A stretch of 55,674 nt of DNA, counting the filler, from Bipalium vagum (lineage: Eukaryota), in the NCBI GenBank assembly GCA_037834085.1. It is 3 parts of 3 records of this genome, joined end to end, with 100 filler letters (N's around TTAATTAATTAA, not from the genome) between each part and the next. Parts side by side here need not be neighbours in the genome. Positions count along the whole stretch, not along the records: positions 16,662 to 39,155 come from JBBMKC010220574.1; positions 39,256 to 55,674 come from JBBMKC010112015.1; 1 more part is not named here. One strand, given 5' to 3'. The notes beneath the pieces were generated by a model. That model was not told the DNA's origin. It saw only the letters and a program-made list of their open reading frames with translations, and did no database searches. A program made the position numbers and the translations under genes. The stretch's first letter is position 1. Every line of letters begins with the position of its first letter. Below are positions 26,435 through 39,427 of the stretch, piece by piece.

Positions 26435-27478
26435 ACAGCGACTTATTCAGTTAACACAGGTTATTACAACATCATAAATAAAGAATGCTCACGATTTGGT
26501 AATTCTTCTTACTCGCCAACTGAAGAGAATTTGATTTTCTATTGGTTTCTTTGTCATGATCATTGTCATCTAGTTCAATAGTGTTGGTGATCTCATCGGG
26601 GAAAACAACATTATACATCTAAAGGAGATCTGCAGCAAGGAGTCACCAACAAAGGATTTTTAGTTTAGAATTATTATTTTTTCTTCTACAATAATTTCCG
26701 ATTTCTATATTTATTGTAATATTTTTATCAAGTCTGACCTCATTTATCGGATACTCTTAAGACCGGGTTCAGTTGCCAATTATTGATCTTAAAAGAATTA
26801 TTATTACACAACTATTACATAATTATAGTAACAAATTGACGAAAACATGATTGTTTTATTTTCTAAGTACAAGCTACGTGTCGCTAAACCAAAAAGCAAA
26901 TTAAATTGGTATCAAAGTGTATATTGATTGTACTCTCAACTTCACAAAGTTGTGATAATAACATATTTTCCGGATACATATAATTTACATTAAGAATAAT
27001 CCCCTGGCCCAAAGGCTGTAGAATAGAAATACAATTTAATGAGAAATAAATTAGTTTTACGTTAGATATCTGCCTATCAATTTGACATGAAGTTTTGTCT
27101 ATAAACACCAAAAAATTGCTCGTTGAAGTGTTAAGCGTCGGTTAAACTAAAATTAATTGAAAAAACAAATTACCTAAGTATGCACTTAAAATATTTAAAT
27201 AAAAAAATATATAAATTATTACAAAATTTAATTAATATTTACAATTAATTAAAAGAAATTGCCCTGCTTAAGGGCATTGATTTGCGTTGAACTCTTCATT
27301 TTGATAAAACAGATATGTTAGTTAAAGCGATTTTTTTCGCTTAGAGGAGTATCCACTTTTATAGGGCGTTTTAATATGGTAGAAAATCTTTATTAATAGT
27401 TAAAAAGGTCCGATCGCTTTTTCCGTCATTAAGAGTGTGTTCGCTTAGTTGGGTGTCCATTAAACGAGATCTGATTGT
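26435..27478 (-). mobile_element. Decayed pogo/Tigger element fragment
   Basis: Minus-strand NVKLIYFSLNCISILQPLGQGII corresponds to the pogo FLPPNTTSxxQPLDQGII motif; Tigger-like subterminal sequence at ~27250-27478. Confidence 0.7.
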
Positions 27479-27544
27479 GTTAAATGAAAAATATAGATAT
27501 ATTTCTTTTCTTATGCAGATGGTGATATAATAATTCTATATCAA

Positions 27545-27850
27545 CAATATGAGTACAGGGAAGATAATATCTAATGTAATTGACTTATTGAGTAATATTC
27601 CGATTGCAAGAGCACCAGAGACTGAAAATTGATAAGCATTTAAATGAATATTATGAATATTGGAATTTTATTATAATATCATATGAAGATCAAAAAAATT
27701 TATTATAATGAAAAGCTTAGATTTATCGACTTGAGTTGTTGATCAAGTCTGATTTGAGGAGTCGCTTAGGTTTAAGATTTTGAATGTACAATTTTACTAG
27801 AGTTAGAATTCATATTGGTAAATGAAGAGAATAATCAATAAATACATAGG
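27545..27850 (+). mobile_element. Possible Penelope-like GIY-YIG endonuclease remnant
   Basis: Weak resemblance only (ISNVIDLLS vs SSNVIYLIxC); many stops. Confidence 0.2.
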
Positions 27851-29744
27851 AAAGATAAGCTCAAACTGCTTCAATATAGGTAAGTCTCATCTTTGAATTA
27901 CAGAATAAACAGAGATATTATGATAATAAAAAAATTCTAGAATTAGTCAAATCAGAAATGAGTATATTTAGCTTCCCGATTTTTTTTAATATTTCATTTT
28001 CCTGGTATTAAATATTTTTATTGATATATGTCAGAAGAAATTTGTTTTTGACCAGTAAGTGTTTTTAGACGGTTTTATAAGTGTGCATGAAAAATATTTC
28101 GGAAGATTTTAAAGTCTTGAAAGTTACTAGCAGATGGTAAAATAAAATTTACCCGGCAAGCATATCTAAAAAACATTTATCATACCGAAACCAAAACTTG
28201 CACATAAAAATTGACGCTAAAACCGAGAAGTTGCTATATCACTATTAACGTAGAAGAATATATAAAATTTACTGGAACTTATTTTCAAATGCGTTAAGTG
28301 AGATAACAGAAATGAAATAGAAATAGCTGAATGAAAACGATTTTTTAGGGTGACATATATATTTTGATATCACATTGTAAAAATTTTCAAAATTATAATA
28401 ATTTATTACTAATAAATATAATTACAACCATTGTCATTCTTGAAATAGATGTTCTATCTGGTTATTTATATTGTTGTTAAAACATGACTTCTGTCACTTT
28501 TAGTTGGTGTAATCAACAAACTCAGTTATACAATAAAGTGTATTTATATCACAATTCAATATTAATTTAGAAACAACAAAATCCAAAAAATAATAATGCC
28601 ATCGATTACCAAATGACCAATAGAATGTTCAAGTAACAATGATATCAATTACCAAATTATCAATAAAAAGAAACATATAATTACGCCATAATTATCAGTT
28701 AATATCAAGGCAAAAATAACCATGAGTTAATAATATTAAAAAGAAAATGAATAAATAAAATATTTAAAAATTCATATCATCAAGAACAAGAAAATAAAAT
28801 AAAACAAAAGTGATTCTCTTACCAATTGTGACAAATTTCATATCCCTGAACTGCTAGTTCGGTTCACTCAAAAACGGCTCTATTCCAGGGAATCTGAACA
28901 CAATTCCACAGCATAATATTAGGCAAACAAATGATCGAACCCTTTTCGATCGAGCCCTTAACACCCACTATTTTATTAAAATAATAAACTTTATAAAAAG
29001 TTACTATTATATCTAAGCTATCATAGAGTTCAAAATTGACATTAATTAATTTTTTATTATTATTTTTGTGAATTCTGACTCAAATCATATTTTATATAGA
29101 AATGTTTTCATAAAACCTGACTTACTAAAAGTTAGTGCAAGTAAGCTTATTAGAAAATATCTATCGTCTGAAATGATAAATATTACGATAGCAAGCTTAC
29201 AAAGCTGTACCATAACTTTCGTGATAACAAACCGCCGACAAGCTGAAATGTGAAACGGAATCAATGATTACAGTAAGAGGAGTGTCTACAACAGGAAACC
29301 AGATTTTCAAGCGGTTAGAAAAACGAAATAAAAGTAAAAGTGATAGCCAAAATTGAAACCTGAAACTAATCAATCTCATTGTTAAGAAAAAAATCATTGA
29401 CATCTGGACTGCCACTAAGACCCAAATGAAACGTTTTTAAAGATGTGACGACCTCCTTGATGTATCATATTTTCTATTCCAAGCTATATTTGATTCTCCA
29501 ATCCATTTTAGCGTTTCCATCATACTGCGTCTAAAACATTCACTCTTCTATTTCCTTTTTTGATTTCAGTTTAGTATAATTAATTAATTTTTTGATGCCT
29601 GCTTATCAATAATAAAAGAATTATTTTTATTGAAGATTGATATCTCATTTCCGTTAAATGAACAATATCGAATGCAAGGCTCTCTTGTAAATTTCATAAA
29701 AAATTATATAATTTGGATTTCTTCAACTGTATAAAGAGATTTAA

Positions 29745-29753
29745 TAAAAATAA

Positions 29754-29799
<46 letters not shown>
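29745..29799. repeat. (AAT)n microsatellite
   Basis: Direct inspection. Confidence 0.9.
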
Positions 29800-31189
29800 T
29801 AGAGGTAAAGGAAAAGAGTACATATGAAATAAAATTAGTTGTATAAATCAAATAGATGAAGTAATTGTTTGATGTCAAAAGAAGATTAGCATCAAGACTT
29901 TGTAATGCACTCAGTTTTTGTCAACAACGGTGGAAACGAGTATTTTGATAAAAATCAGCCGCACTCATTTTGATATGAAACCCAGAATTACTTATTAGAG
30001 AGAGATTAAAATTTGACAGTTGGTTTTAAGTAGGTCTTAATAGGTAATTGGACTTCTAATCTGCTTATATATTGGAAGTTTCTGCATAATTCTTCAACTA
30101 TGTATATGACAAGAATAAGATCAGCTTAGGATTATTTTATATTTCAATTAATTGAATTTATATTTTGTGACTAGTCCGGATTGGTAATAATTTTTGACTT
30201 AACCTAAAGAACACCAAAATCACCGAATCCATATGAGATATCCACACGATGTAAGTCGTAAGGGAAACAGTATTATATACTTGTATAAGCGACAATGTTT
30301 ACGTTATTATAAATAAGTAAATAATAATAATAATAATAATATTATTAGAAATACTTTTTGAAAAATTAAATTTATCACTCAATTTTATTTTATTTATATT
30401 ATTTTTATATATATTTTCGCTGATCATCAACGGTTGTTTTAAAGTTCAAAAACTCGCTGGACAGCTGAATTAAACAAAAATTCTGGAGCATCTTTAAACA
30501 GTAAATATCAAGTGACAACTGAATAATTACAAAGTATTTTCAAATATAAATAAATAAAATAATAATAATTTTTTATTGGATATAATAAAATTAAATATTT
30601 GAGAAATATTTTTTGTCATGGTTATTTGACAGCTTGAGACAATAAAAATTAAGATAAAAAGATGTTGATTAATTCTTGTAGGGAATCATTAATGAAGACT
30701 CACAATTAATAAAATCAATCAGCCATTACGACAAGCTGTTCAACAAATACCATAAAATCAATCACAATTTCAGAGCTCAACAAAACATATTGGATATGTT
30801 CAATGCCTGCTTATTATTAAATATAAACGCTCATACTAATCAATATGACGGTTTACGTGATCTCAGTTTGATGTATGAGTTAATTTCAGGATAAGATTAA
30901 TGGATCGAGCTTGAACTATTGATCGGGTCGAGTCAATAGTCCACCAGCTGATATATATTTATTCCTTTATGGATTGATTTTTGACGGGAATTATTTTTTA
31001 TTTGGTTGTCGTAAGCATTATGTAAATAATAATATTAAATAATTTCAATGGACTTTATTTGTTTAAATGATCATAGTCCATTTCGTTTTACTGTTCTAAT
31101 ATATAAATATAAATATAATATATAAAGTTCTAATATAATAGTGCAATCAAATGATGATGTTCTTATATATATATATTCTCAGCGAAACC

Positions 31190-31244
<55 letters not shown>

Positions 31245-31530
31245 GATAATAAAAATATTAATAAAAAAAATAATGGTAACAATAATAATACAATAATAAT
31301 AAAAAACAATAAAATAATAAAAATAAAAAAATGATNNNNNNNNNNNNNNNNNNNNNNNNNNNNNNNNNNNNNNNNNNNNNNNNNNNNNNNNNNNNNNNNN
31401 NNNNNNNNNNNNNNNNNNNNNNNNNNNNNNNNNNNNNNNNNNNNNNNNNNNNNNNNNNNNNNNNNNNNNNNNNNNNNNNNNNNNNATAATAAAAAATAAT
31501 TAAAATAATATAAATAATAAAAAATAAAAA
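31190..31530. repeat. (AAT)n microsatellite and A-rich low-complexity sequence around a 150-N gap (31336-31485)
   Basis: Direct inspection; the poly-Ile ORFs here are spurious. Confidence 0.9.
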
Positions 31531-33051
31531 TCTTATCATGACGCTTATCGAAAATCGGTTTCAAATCAATTGTTTTATTTCGACTTTACAAATAAACCAA
31601 ACATTGATATAAACAAACTATTCGAAAAAAAACGATATTTACAACTGGAAATCAGTAATAATAATAATAAGAGAAAGTTTTGTCCCTGTCAGTTTGGCAT
31701 AAAAACGGAAAAACCCCAAACGACGTCCCACTAATGTTCGGCGAAAATTGCTTGGTGAAAGAATCGTGGTTGACAATATTTACTTGAAAGATAACCAAGC
31801 TACCCAAAAACAGGTTGATGGATGACGATGGATTTTTATCATTGGCAAAATGCAGAGAGAGAAAGAGAGAGAGAGAAATCATTTCACAAAGATTAAGAAT
31901 ATCATCAAAAGTTAATTCATTGAATGAATTTTCAGTTTATATCAACGCGACGCCTGATAATAATCCAAGCTACGATGTCATAAACAGAGGTAACACATTT
32001 ATCTTTGAAATGGCCGCTGATTGAAGTCAAAATCCAATGTCGGCCGAGTAGCCGCGTCTACACTTAAGTAAATAATAATTGATGTAGTGCGGCAGCCGAG
32101 ATTGATAAGTTCCATGTTGATTGATGACATACAGAACCATGGGTTGCATCATCACCCTGGCACTGTGGTGATGATTAACGATCGCTCCATCTCTTTGCTT
32201 GGAAAATGCGATTAATAAATATTATGAACCATTTCTGACGGCAATAATTATTAAATTCGAACTAATGACATTATGCAGAAATATATTTTTATATATTTTA
32301 TTTATATTTTTGTATATATATTTATAATTGATTATTATTCAAATAGTTTTTTTATCGTTGATTTTTTTTATTTTTCAACAAAATCCCTTCCGTGAGCCCG
32401 GTAGGTGAATGGAAAAATATTTTTGAACAATTGTTAAATTTTGTTTTAATCATCACTTTCTGGTGATTTTTCAAAATATAATGGCTGTAATTATTATATT
32501 TATTTATTTTTCAATTTGAAATTTGACTTTGAAAATTATTCATATATTTTCATATTTCATTTTAAAACGTACTTTGTTTTATCAATCTAAAAAAAAATTA
32601 ATAAATAATTTTGTTTAATCATTGTGATTGGTGATAAAATTTTAATCAATTTCTTCGAATTTTAGTAATAATTATAATTATAATTGTGAATTATTGTTTA
32701 AATCGGATGGAAGTTTCCTCGCAATTATGATTTGTATGATTTTGTCGTTTTAATACCATTACTTGGCTTTGGTCCTGTTTGTTGGACATGGTTTCGCATT
32801 TTTTTATCGTAGCCAGTGTCATTATTTCAGTGGGTGAATTATTTGATTATTTTTTGCATAAAACATTCAGAGATAAAATTTGTCATTTAATAAATGTCAT
32901 TAACATATTATTATCAATAAAATTGTAAATCTGTCATTTAAAGAATTCAGTAGAATAAAACAAGCATCGCGATTAAAATTAAAATTATTATTATTATTTA
33001 TTATGATACTGGCATTGATTCTTTTCTTTTGTGTTAAGATAATCTTCCGCT

Positions 33052-33190
33052 GAGAATATAATGTGTGAATACGATGTATGGATATGATGGATGAATATAA
33101 TGTATGAATATGATGTATGAATATGATGTATGAATATGATGTATGAATATGATGTATGAATATGATGTATGAATATAATGTATGAATTTA
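33052..33190. repeat. 13-bp minisatellite (TGAATATGATGTA)n, ~10 copies
   Basis: Near-perfect core copies with degenerate flanking copies. Confidence 0.95.
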
Positions 33191-33899
33191 TATGTTCAGA
33201 TTTTATTTTTTCAACAAAAAAAATTAGTAAAATCCGCTATGATCGTCACTTGTCCATTTATTGGACCACTGTCATAAATAAATTATATTTCATATCCAGA
33301 ATCTGTCTGGCCTATTTACTTAAATTATCACTCTTAATTAAAATATGATTTATTCTAACTTTGTTTTTTTTATTATTTTATTTCTGTAGTGTTATACTTG
33401 ACATCATCGCAAGCATCGATAAAAGGCTTTCAACCGAGTCAATATTACCAATGGGTTGGGATCTTTTCATGATGATGATGATTATAATTATTATATATTT
33501 TGGCTAACATTTGCGGACTGTTTCGCTGAATATTCACGTTAACATAAACTATAAGTCTATACCATAAAAAATTATCTGACATTTTAATCTGAAATTATGT
33601 TCCCTTTAAGTCAATTTTGTAAGTCTAGAAAATAATTCCTCCTTAAATATCAAATACTGAAAATTAAACATTTATAAATTATTATTTCACAAGGTCCGTG
33701 AGAGGGAAAATGTAAAAATTCCTTTTCGTGGATTTCCAAATAGTTTTTTCCCCCAGAAAATTATCTGTTAAATTATTTGTAACGATATGTTTATAATAAT
33801 CATAAAATTGGGTAACTCTACTTTTACAGTCGTCCGCGTAAGGAAGTATTTTTATATAATAATTTAATAAAAATGTTGAGTAAATAAAATAATGATAAA

Positions 33900-34695
33900 A
33901 GTATGTATGTATATCAAATAAATAAATAAAATAAAAGTAAAAAAAAATAATTAAAATAAGTGTTAAAATGAAAAAAAAACATAATAAAAATTTGAACAAT
34001 ATTGAAAAGAATACATAAAATAAGTAAGGACAATAAAAAAATTAATGAAAAAAAATAATTTAAAAAATTAAAATAAAACCTAAAATTTAAACAAAAATAA
34101 AAAATAATTAAAATAAAAAGATTAAAACATTTTTGAAAATAAAAGTAATATTAAAATGTATCGACACAAGACACACAAACACGTCTCACCGTCCAAAACG
34201 TATCCGTCCGGCTGATGGATCACGACACACAATACCCAATAAATGCATAAAAGAAATAAAAGAAATAATGGAAATAAAAATTAAAATAACTTAAAACAAA
34301 AATATATTAAAAAAATTAAAATTAAAACTGAAAAAAAATAATAAAAATTAAAATTTAGAAAATAAAATATAATAAAAAATAAAAATAAAAATAAAGAATA
34401 ATAAAAAAAATTAATATAAAATAATAATAAAAAATGAAAAAAATATTGCAAATGAAAGTAAAATTGAAAATAATAATGTAAGTTAAAAATAAAAATGAAA
34501 ACAATTAAAATAACTAAAAACCAAAATAAAAATTAAAACTAAAAAAAAAACAATAATGAAAAAATTAATAAAATTTAGAAAATAAAAAATTAATTAAAAA
34601 TAAAAACAAAAATTTAAAAATGAAAAAAAAATAAAAAAGGTAATAATGAAAATAAAAAATTAAAAAAAAATAATAAAAATTTGAATAAAAGAACT
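33900..34695. repeat. Strand-biased A-rich low-complexity tract with a central ~80-bp GC-richer island
   Basis: Runs of AAAAT/AAAATT/AATAAT; island at 34160-34240. Confidence 0.8.
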
Positions 34696-35448
34696 AGAAA
34701 GATTATTTAATTTTCCAAGTTAAACTAAAACAACATTTCAGTGTTAAAGTTTTGTTAAAAGATATTTATTTAAAAAAATATTTCAATTTATTTTTTTTTT
34801 AAAAATGGTCTCTACTATTTTCTTAAAAACTAAAAGTCATTCATAGTGAAAATGAAGAAGAAATGACCACAGACGCAAATTGAATTATAAATTTGTTGAG
34901 TGAATCTTGTTCTAGTGCCATCCAATTTAAACAAGATTAGTCGCTTTATTACACCATCACAAACAGATCTGTGAACAATGATGGATGACCATTGTTAATA
35001 AACTTTTACTGGTATCAGGTTTACAGTTGAATCAAAACATTATTATTGTTAATAAAAATTAATAATAATTAATAAAAATTATTACTAAAAAAGTTATAAG
35101 TAATATAGTTTTTATCAGAAAATTTTCTTCCGGCATAATATACTTTAATATATTTGTGTGTTGTAAAAAATATTAGAAATTACCTTTCTTAAAAGTTTTA
35201 CCGTTTAAAGAAAATCAATTTCTTCTATAATTCCTAGCCCCAAAAATATTTTAATTAAAATTCAGATACTAATAATACTTTCCAATTGAGCCAGAAAATA
35301 ATCAAGCAAATTTCATATTTGTGAGCATGTGACAAATAAAAGTTTTTTAAAAAAATTAATTTGAATAATAATTTTAATAAAATTAATTAAAATTTAATAA
35401 AAAAATTTTTCTTAAAAAGGTTTTAAACAAAGACCATATTTATTAATA

Positions 35449-36577
35449 TTAGGGTGAACCAAAAGTTCAGGCGTTTTTTGTGTACTATATATAAAGTAAT
35501 TTCTAAGCAAGATATATTTTATTGATCGCATTTATTAAGATATTTTTTATACGTTTTTAAATTATCTTTAATATTAACTAAAATGCATTTAAAATTTTTC
35601 CTAAGAATTTAATTTTTTTTTCATATTTTGGTAATATGAACAATTTTGAAATTCTGATGTTTTTGCGCCATTATTTTTAGCAGAATGTAAGTGCCAAGGA
35701 AGCTGCTACAAAAATGTGACATTGAAGAACAAGGTATCGTTTCCATTTGCACAGCTCAAAATGGTATAAAAAATTCAATGAAGGTCAAACCAATCTTGAA
35801 GATGACTCATGTCGAAGCAGTTAAAAATAATCCATCAACCAGCCGTCGTGTGTTATCACATGAGTTGGATATTCCTCAAAAACCATAGTCCTGCACCTTC
35901 ATCAACTTGGAAAAGTCAACAGAAGCGGTGGAGAAGTTTCTCATCAATTAAGTGAAAGTCAGGCAAAATAACGGATGGACATATGTCAGAAATTGTTAGA
36001 GAATCCTTGTGACGAATGTTTCTTTAAAAATAGTCACTTGTGATGAAACGTTGATATATATCTACAGTGTTGACAGCAAAAAACAATGGTTGTATCTAGG
36101 TCAAACAGCAAAACTTGTACCAAAGCTGGACAGATTCTCAGAAAAGGCTTTACTGTGTATTTGGTGGACGATTGTATGAGGTATTATGCAAGAAATACCC
36201 TTCAATGGTCAACTGAAAACGAATATATTTGCAGCAAAACAATACCAAACCACTACGAGCCAGAAAGACTGAGGAAAAAATCAAAGAATACCTGGAATTG
36301 AATTATTACCGCACCCAAGTCACTCCCCTGACCTCGCACCATCTGTTTTTCACTCGGGTCAATGGCACATTTTTTGCGAGAACGTTCTTTCAATGATCTA
36401 TAGAATATCAAAACGGGATCATCAACTCTAAGTACAAGTGACATCGAACAAATTTCCAATAGATGGCTGAAGACAGTAGAACCATAGGGAATTTCTTTAG
36501 AAATTTGATTTTGTTTTGTGTTAAATATATGTTGAAATTTTTGTCTAAGAAACGCACGAACACTTGGTTTATCCTAA
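35449..36577 (+). mobile_element. Near full-length decayed mariner transposon
   Basis: TIRs TTAGGGTGAACCAAAAGTTCAGGCGTTT / AAACGCACGAACACTTGGTTTATCCTAA with TA flanks. Transposase remnants IVTCDETLIY and LPHPSHSPDLAPS, with stops and frameshifts. Confidence 0.88.
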
Positions 36578-36579
36578 TA

Positions 36580-38500
36580 CACCCAATTCTCTTTTTTCGC
36601 GAATTTTTTTAATCCGATTTTTTATAAGGTTTTTAAAAATGCTTATATATATTTTTTATATAATTGTATACGGTTTTATAAATTTTTTTTAAAAAAAATT
36701 TAGTTTTTAAAAATCCCTTTCAAAAATAATTGTAAGTGCTTAATTTAATTTAGACTTTTTTTTATTATTTCTTAAGTAAAATGCGTGACAGTAAAGTTAA
36801 GCCACAGAAGAGAAGTGCAATTTCCCTAGAAACCAAAATTATGATACTTGATCGCTTGACGAATGGAGAGAAATCTACAGCAATTGGTAGACATTTAAAG
36901 TTGGGTGAATCAACAATTAGAGCAATTAAAAAAATCAATATCAATACGGAAATCCATTAGATACGCTACAAATTTTAGCTCTAAATTATCATCATATTCA
37001 AGAGAATCTGTAATAGAAAAAACAGAAAAAGCCCTCTTAATTTGAATTGAAGACTTGACTCAAAAAAGAATTCCAATAAATGGAAAGTTTTACGGTTTAA
37101 CGAACAGATAAGAGAATCAGAGTCATCTACGTCCTCATTTTCGGCTAGTACAGGATGGCTAACTGGTTTTATAAAATGACATTCGTTCCATAATATGAAG
37201 ATAAAGGGTGAGGTCGCTTCTGCAGACCAAGAAGCCACTAGAAAATACTCTAAAGAGTTTGCCAAAATTATTAAAGATGGTGAATATTGTGCCGATCAAG
37301 TCTTCGGACGAAACCGGATAATTTTGGAAAAATGCCCAATCGTATTTATATAGCAAGTTCCTAAAAATCTGCAAGTGGTTTTAAAGCTGCCATAGATCGA
37401 GTTACTTTACTGGTTTGCAGCATTGCATCTGGAGATAGAGTGTTGAAACCACTACTTGTAAATCGATGTTTAAAACCACGTACAATAAAAGGAAAAGATC
37501 GAAATAAGCTACCTGTGCATTTTATGGCAAACAAAAAAAGCTTGGGTGACTACAGCGATTTTCACTCAGTGATTTAATTACTGCTTCGTACCTGAAGTAA
37601 AAATTTATATGAAAGAGAAAAGTCTTGAATTTAATATCTTATTAATTCTTGATAATGCAGCAGTCTTGAAAAGGTAAAACATCCTAACATACAAATAATT
37701 TATATCCCTCCAAATACAACTAGCTTAATTCAACCATTAGATCAGGGGATTATTTCGGCATTCAAAAAATATTATTTAAAGTCAACCCTTCGTTACATTT
37801 TCGATAAACTAGAAACTGAATCAATCACAGTTACAGGTGTTTGGAAAGATTTTAATATTTTAAACTGTATAAACCATGTTGAATTAGCAATTGCTGAAAT
37901 TAAACCATACACATTAAACGCATGTTGGAAAGAAGTTTGGCCTGAATGCGTATTTAATAAAGATGTACCAAATCAAATAACAACCATATCATCAGAAATT
38001 ATTTCACTGGCCAAAGCAATTGGTGGCGAAGGTTTTGATAAATTTGACGAGAACGATATTGAAGAATTGCTTGAGGACGAAGCCTTATGTGACAAAGAAA
38101 TTTTAGAAAGTTTGGAATTAGATCCTATCGAAGATCCTTTTGAAGACAATGAATCAGAAGAATAATCAGTCCCGCTTAGTGCCAGTCCATCCATGGATCC
38201 ATCTCCAGCGGTTGATGACTAGTTTTTTCTTGTAAGTAATTATAACTATTATTATTTAATTATTTTTGTACAATTTGATTAGTATTTGAGTTTTTTAATG
38301 ATTTGTTAAATTACATTAAGAATAATTGTTTTTGATCTATTTCAATCTTTATTTTGTATTGATTCATTTGGTAATTGGGCCATTTAATTATTTAGATCAT
38401 TTTTTAAAACTCGTCTAATTTTTGATACTTTTAACGATATGAATATTATCGATTTTCGTTTTAATTGATTTTTCGGAAGATTGATTTATCGTGTTTTACT
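36580..38500 (+). mobile_element. pogo/Tigger (TIGD1-like) transposon with disrupted transposase (~36781-38165)
   Basis: KRSAISLETKIMILDRL..GEKSTAIGRHLKLGESTIRAIKK (HTH-psq), FSASTGWL (CENP-B HTH), GEVASAD, DETG, DRVTLLVC..ASGD..LKPLLV, KAWVT, LLILDNA, PPNTTSLIQPLDQGIISAFK and an acidic tail; multiple stops and frameshifts. Confidence 0.92.
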
Positions 38501-38828
38501 GTGATTTTGTAATAGAACAACAAAATTTAGTGTGATTATTTTAATTCATTCATATAAGGATAAGTTAATAACATAGAGGAAACGTTAGAAAATATTGAGC
38601 TCATGTATACATGAAGCTGAGTTAGTCTTTATTTAAAATACTAAAATATAAAAATCAAATACAAATTAAATACAAAAATAAGATTTTAACCAAAGAAATG
38701 TTAATGTATTTTTTTATTATAAAAACACTCAAAAATAATCGTGGCAGTGTTCCTTCTACTTAACTATAGAATGATTTATAAGAATGAATAAGATAAATAA
38801 TAATAAAAGTATTTTTTATTTAATATTA

Positions 38829-39082
38829 TATCAGGTTAAGGGAAAATTATTTTCGCTATTCATCTCACAAATTAAGAGTCGATAAGTCACTATAAAAAAT
38901 TTAATTAATTAAAATATGCATCATTTGCATTTACAACATTTTGCCAACGTCCTAAAACTTTCTTTATACTGTTTCTGAAAAAGTCCGGGTCACGGGATTC
39001 AATAAAAGAAGCGAAGGTATGTTGAACATCATCGTGATTTTTGAACTGCTTATTTCTTAAGAAATTGTCAAGTGACAGGAAT
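38829..39082 (-). mobile_element. Mariner 3' end fragment
   Basis: FLSLDNFLRNKQFKNHDDV...FFRNSIKKVLGRWQNVVNANDAYFN* is the typical mariner C-terminus; TIR-like end at 38829. Confidence 0.85.
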
Positions 39083-39083
39083 A

Positions 39084-39341
39084 CAGGGTGCGCCACTTAA
39101 ATCGGGAAGATAATAATTGTTACAAATCTTACATTTTAAATTAGAAAAGTAATTTNNNNNNNNNNNNNNNNNNNNNNNNNNNNNNNNNNNNNNNNNNNNT
39201 TAATTAATTAANNNNNNNNNNNNNNNNNNNNNNNNNNNNNNNNNNNNNNNNNNNNATGTTTTATATTTATTAATTCAAGAACATATTTTCTTTAATTTAC
39301 GTCATTATAACAAAAACGCTCATTTTTTATGGGACACCCTA
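39084..39341. mobile_element. Tc1-type MITE ends flanking an assembly gap
   Basis: TA-CAGGGTGCGCCAC at 39082 truncates the mariner, and GGGACACCCT occurs at ~39331-39340. A gap lies between them, so the two ends may belong to different copies. Confidence 0.45.
39156..39255. other. Assembly gap with artificial six-frame-stop linker
   Basis: 44 N + TTAATTAATTAA (39200-39211) + 44 N. Confidence 0.95.
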
Positions 39342-39427
39342 ATATTAATTATGTATTACTTAGATATTTAGATATATTATATTCATTTATATTATATTAT
39401 ATTATATTAAAATTTTTCTGCTTTTAG

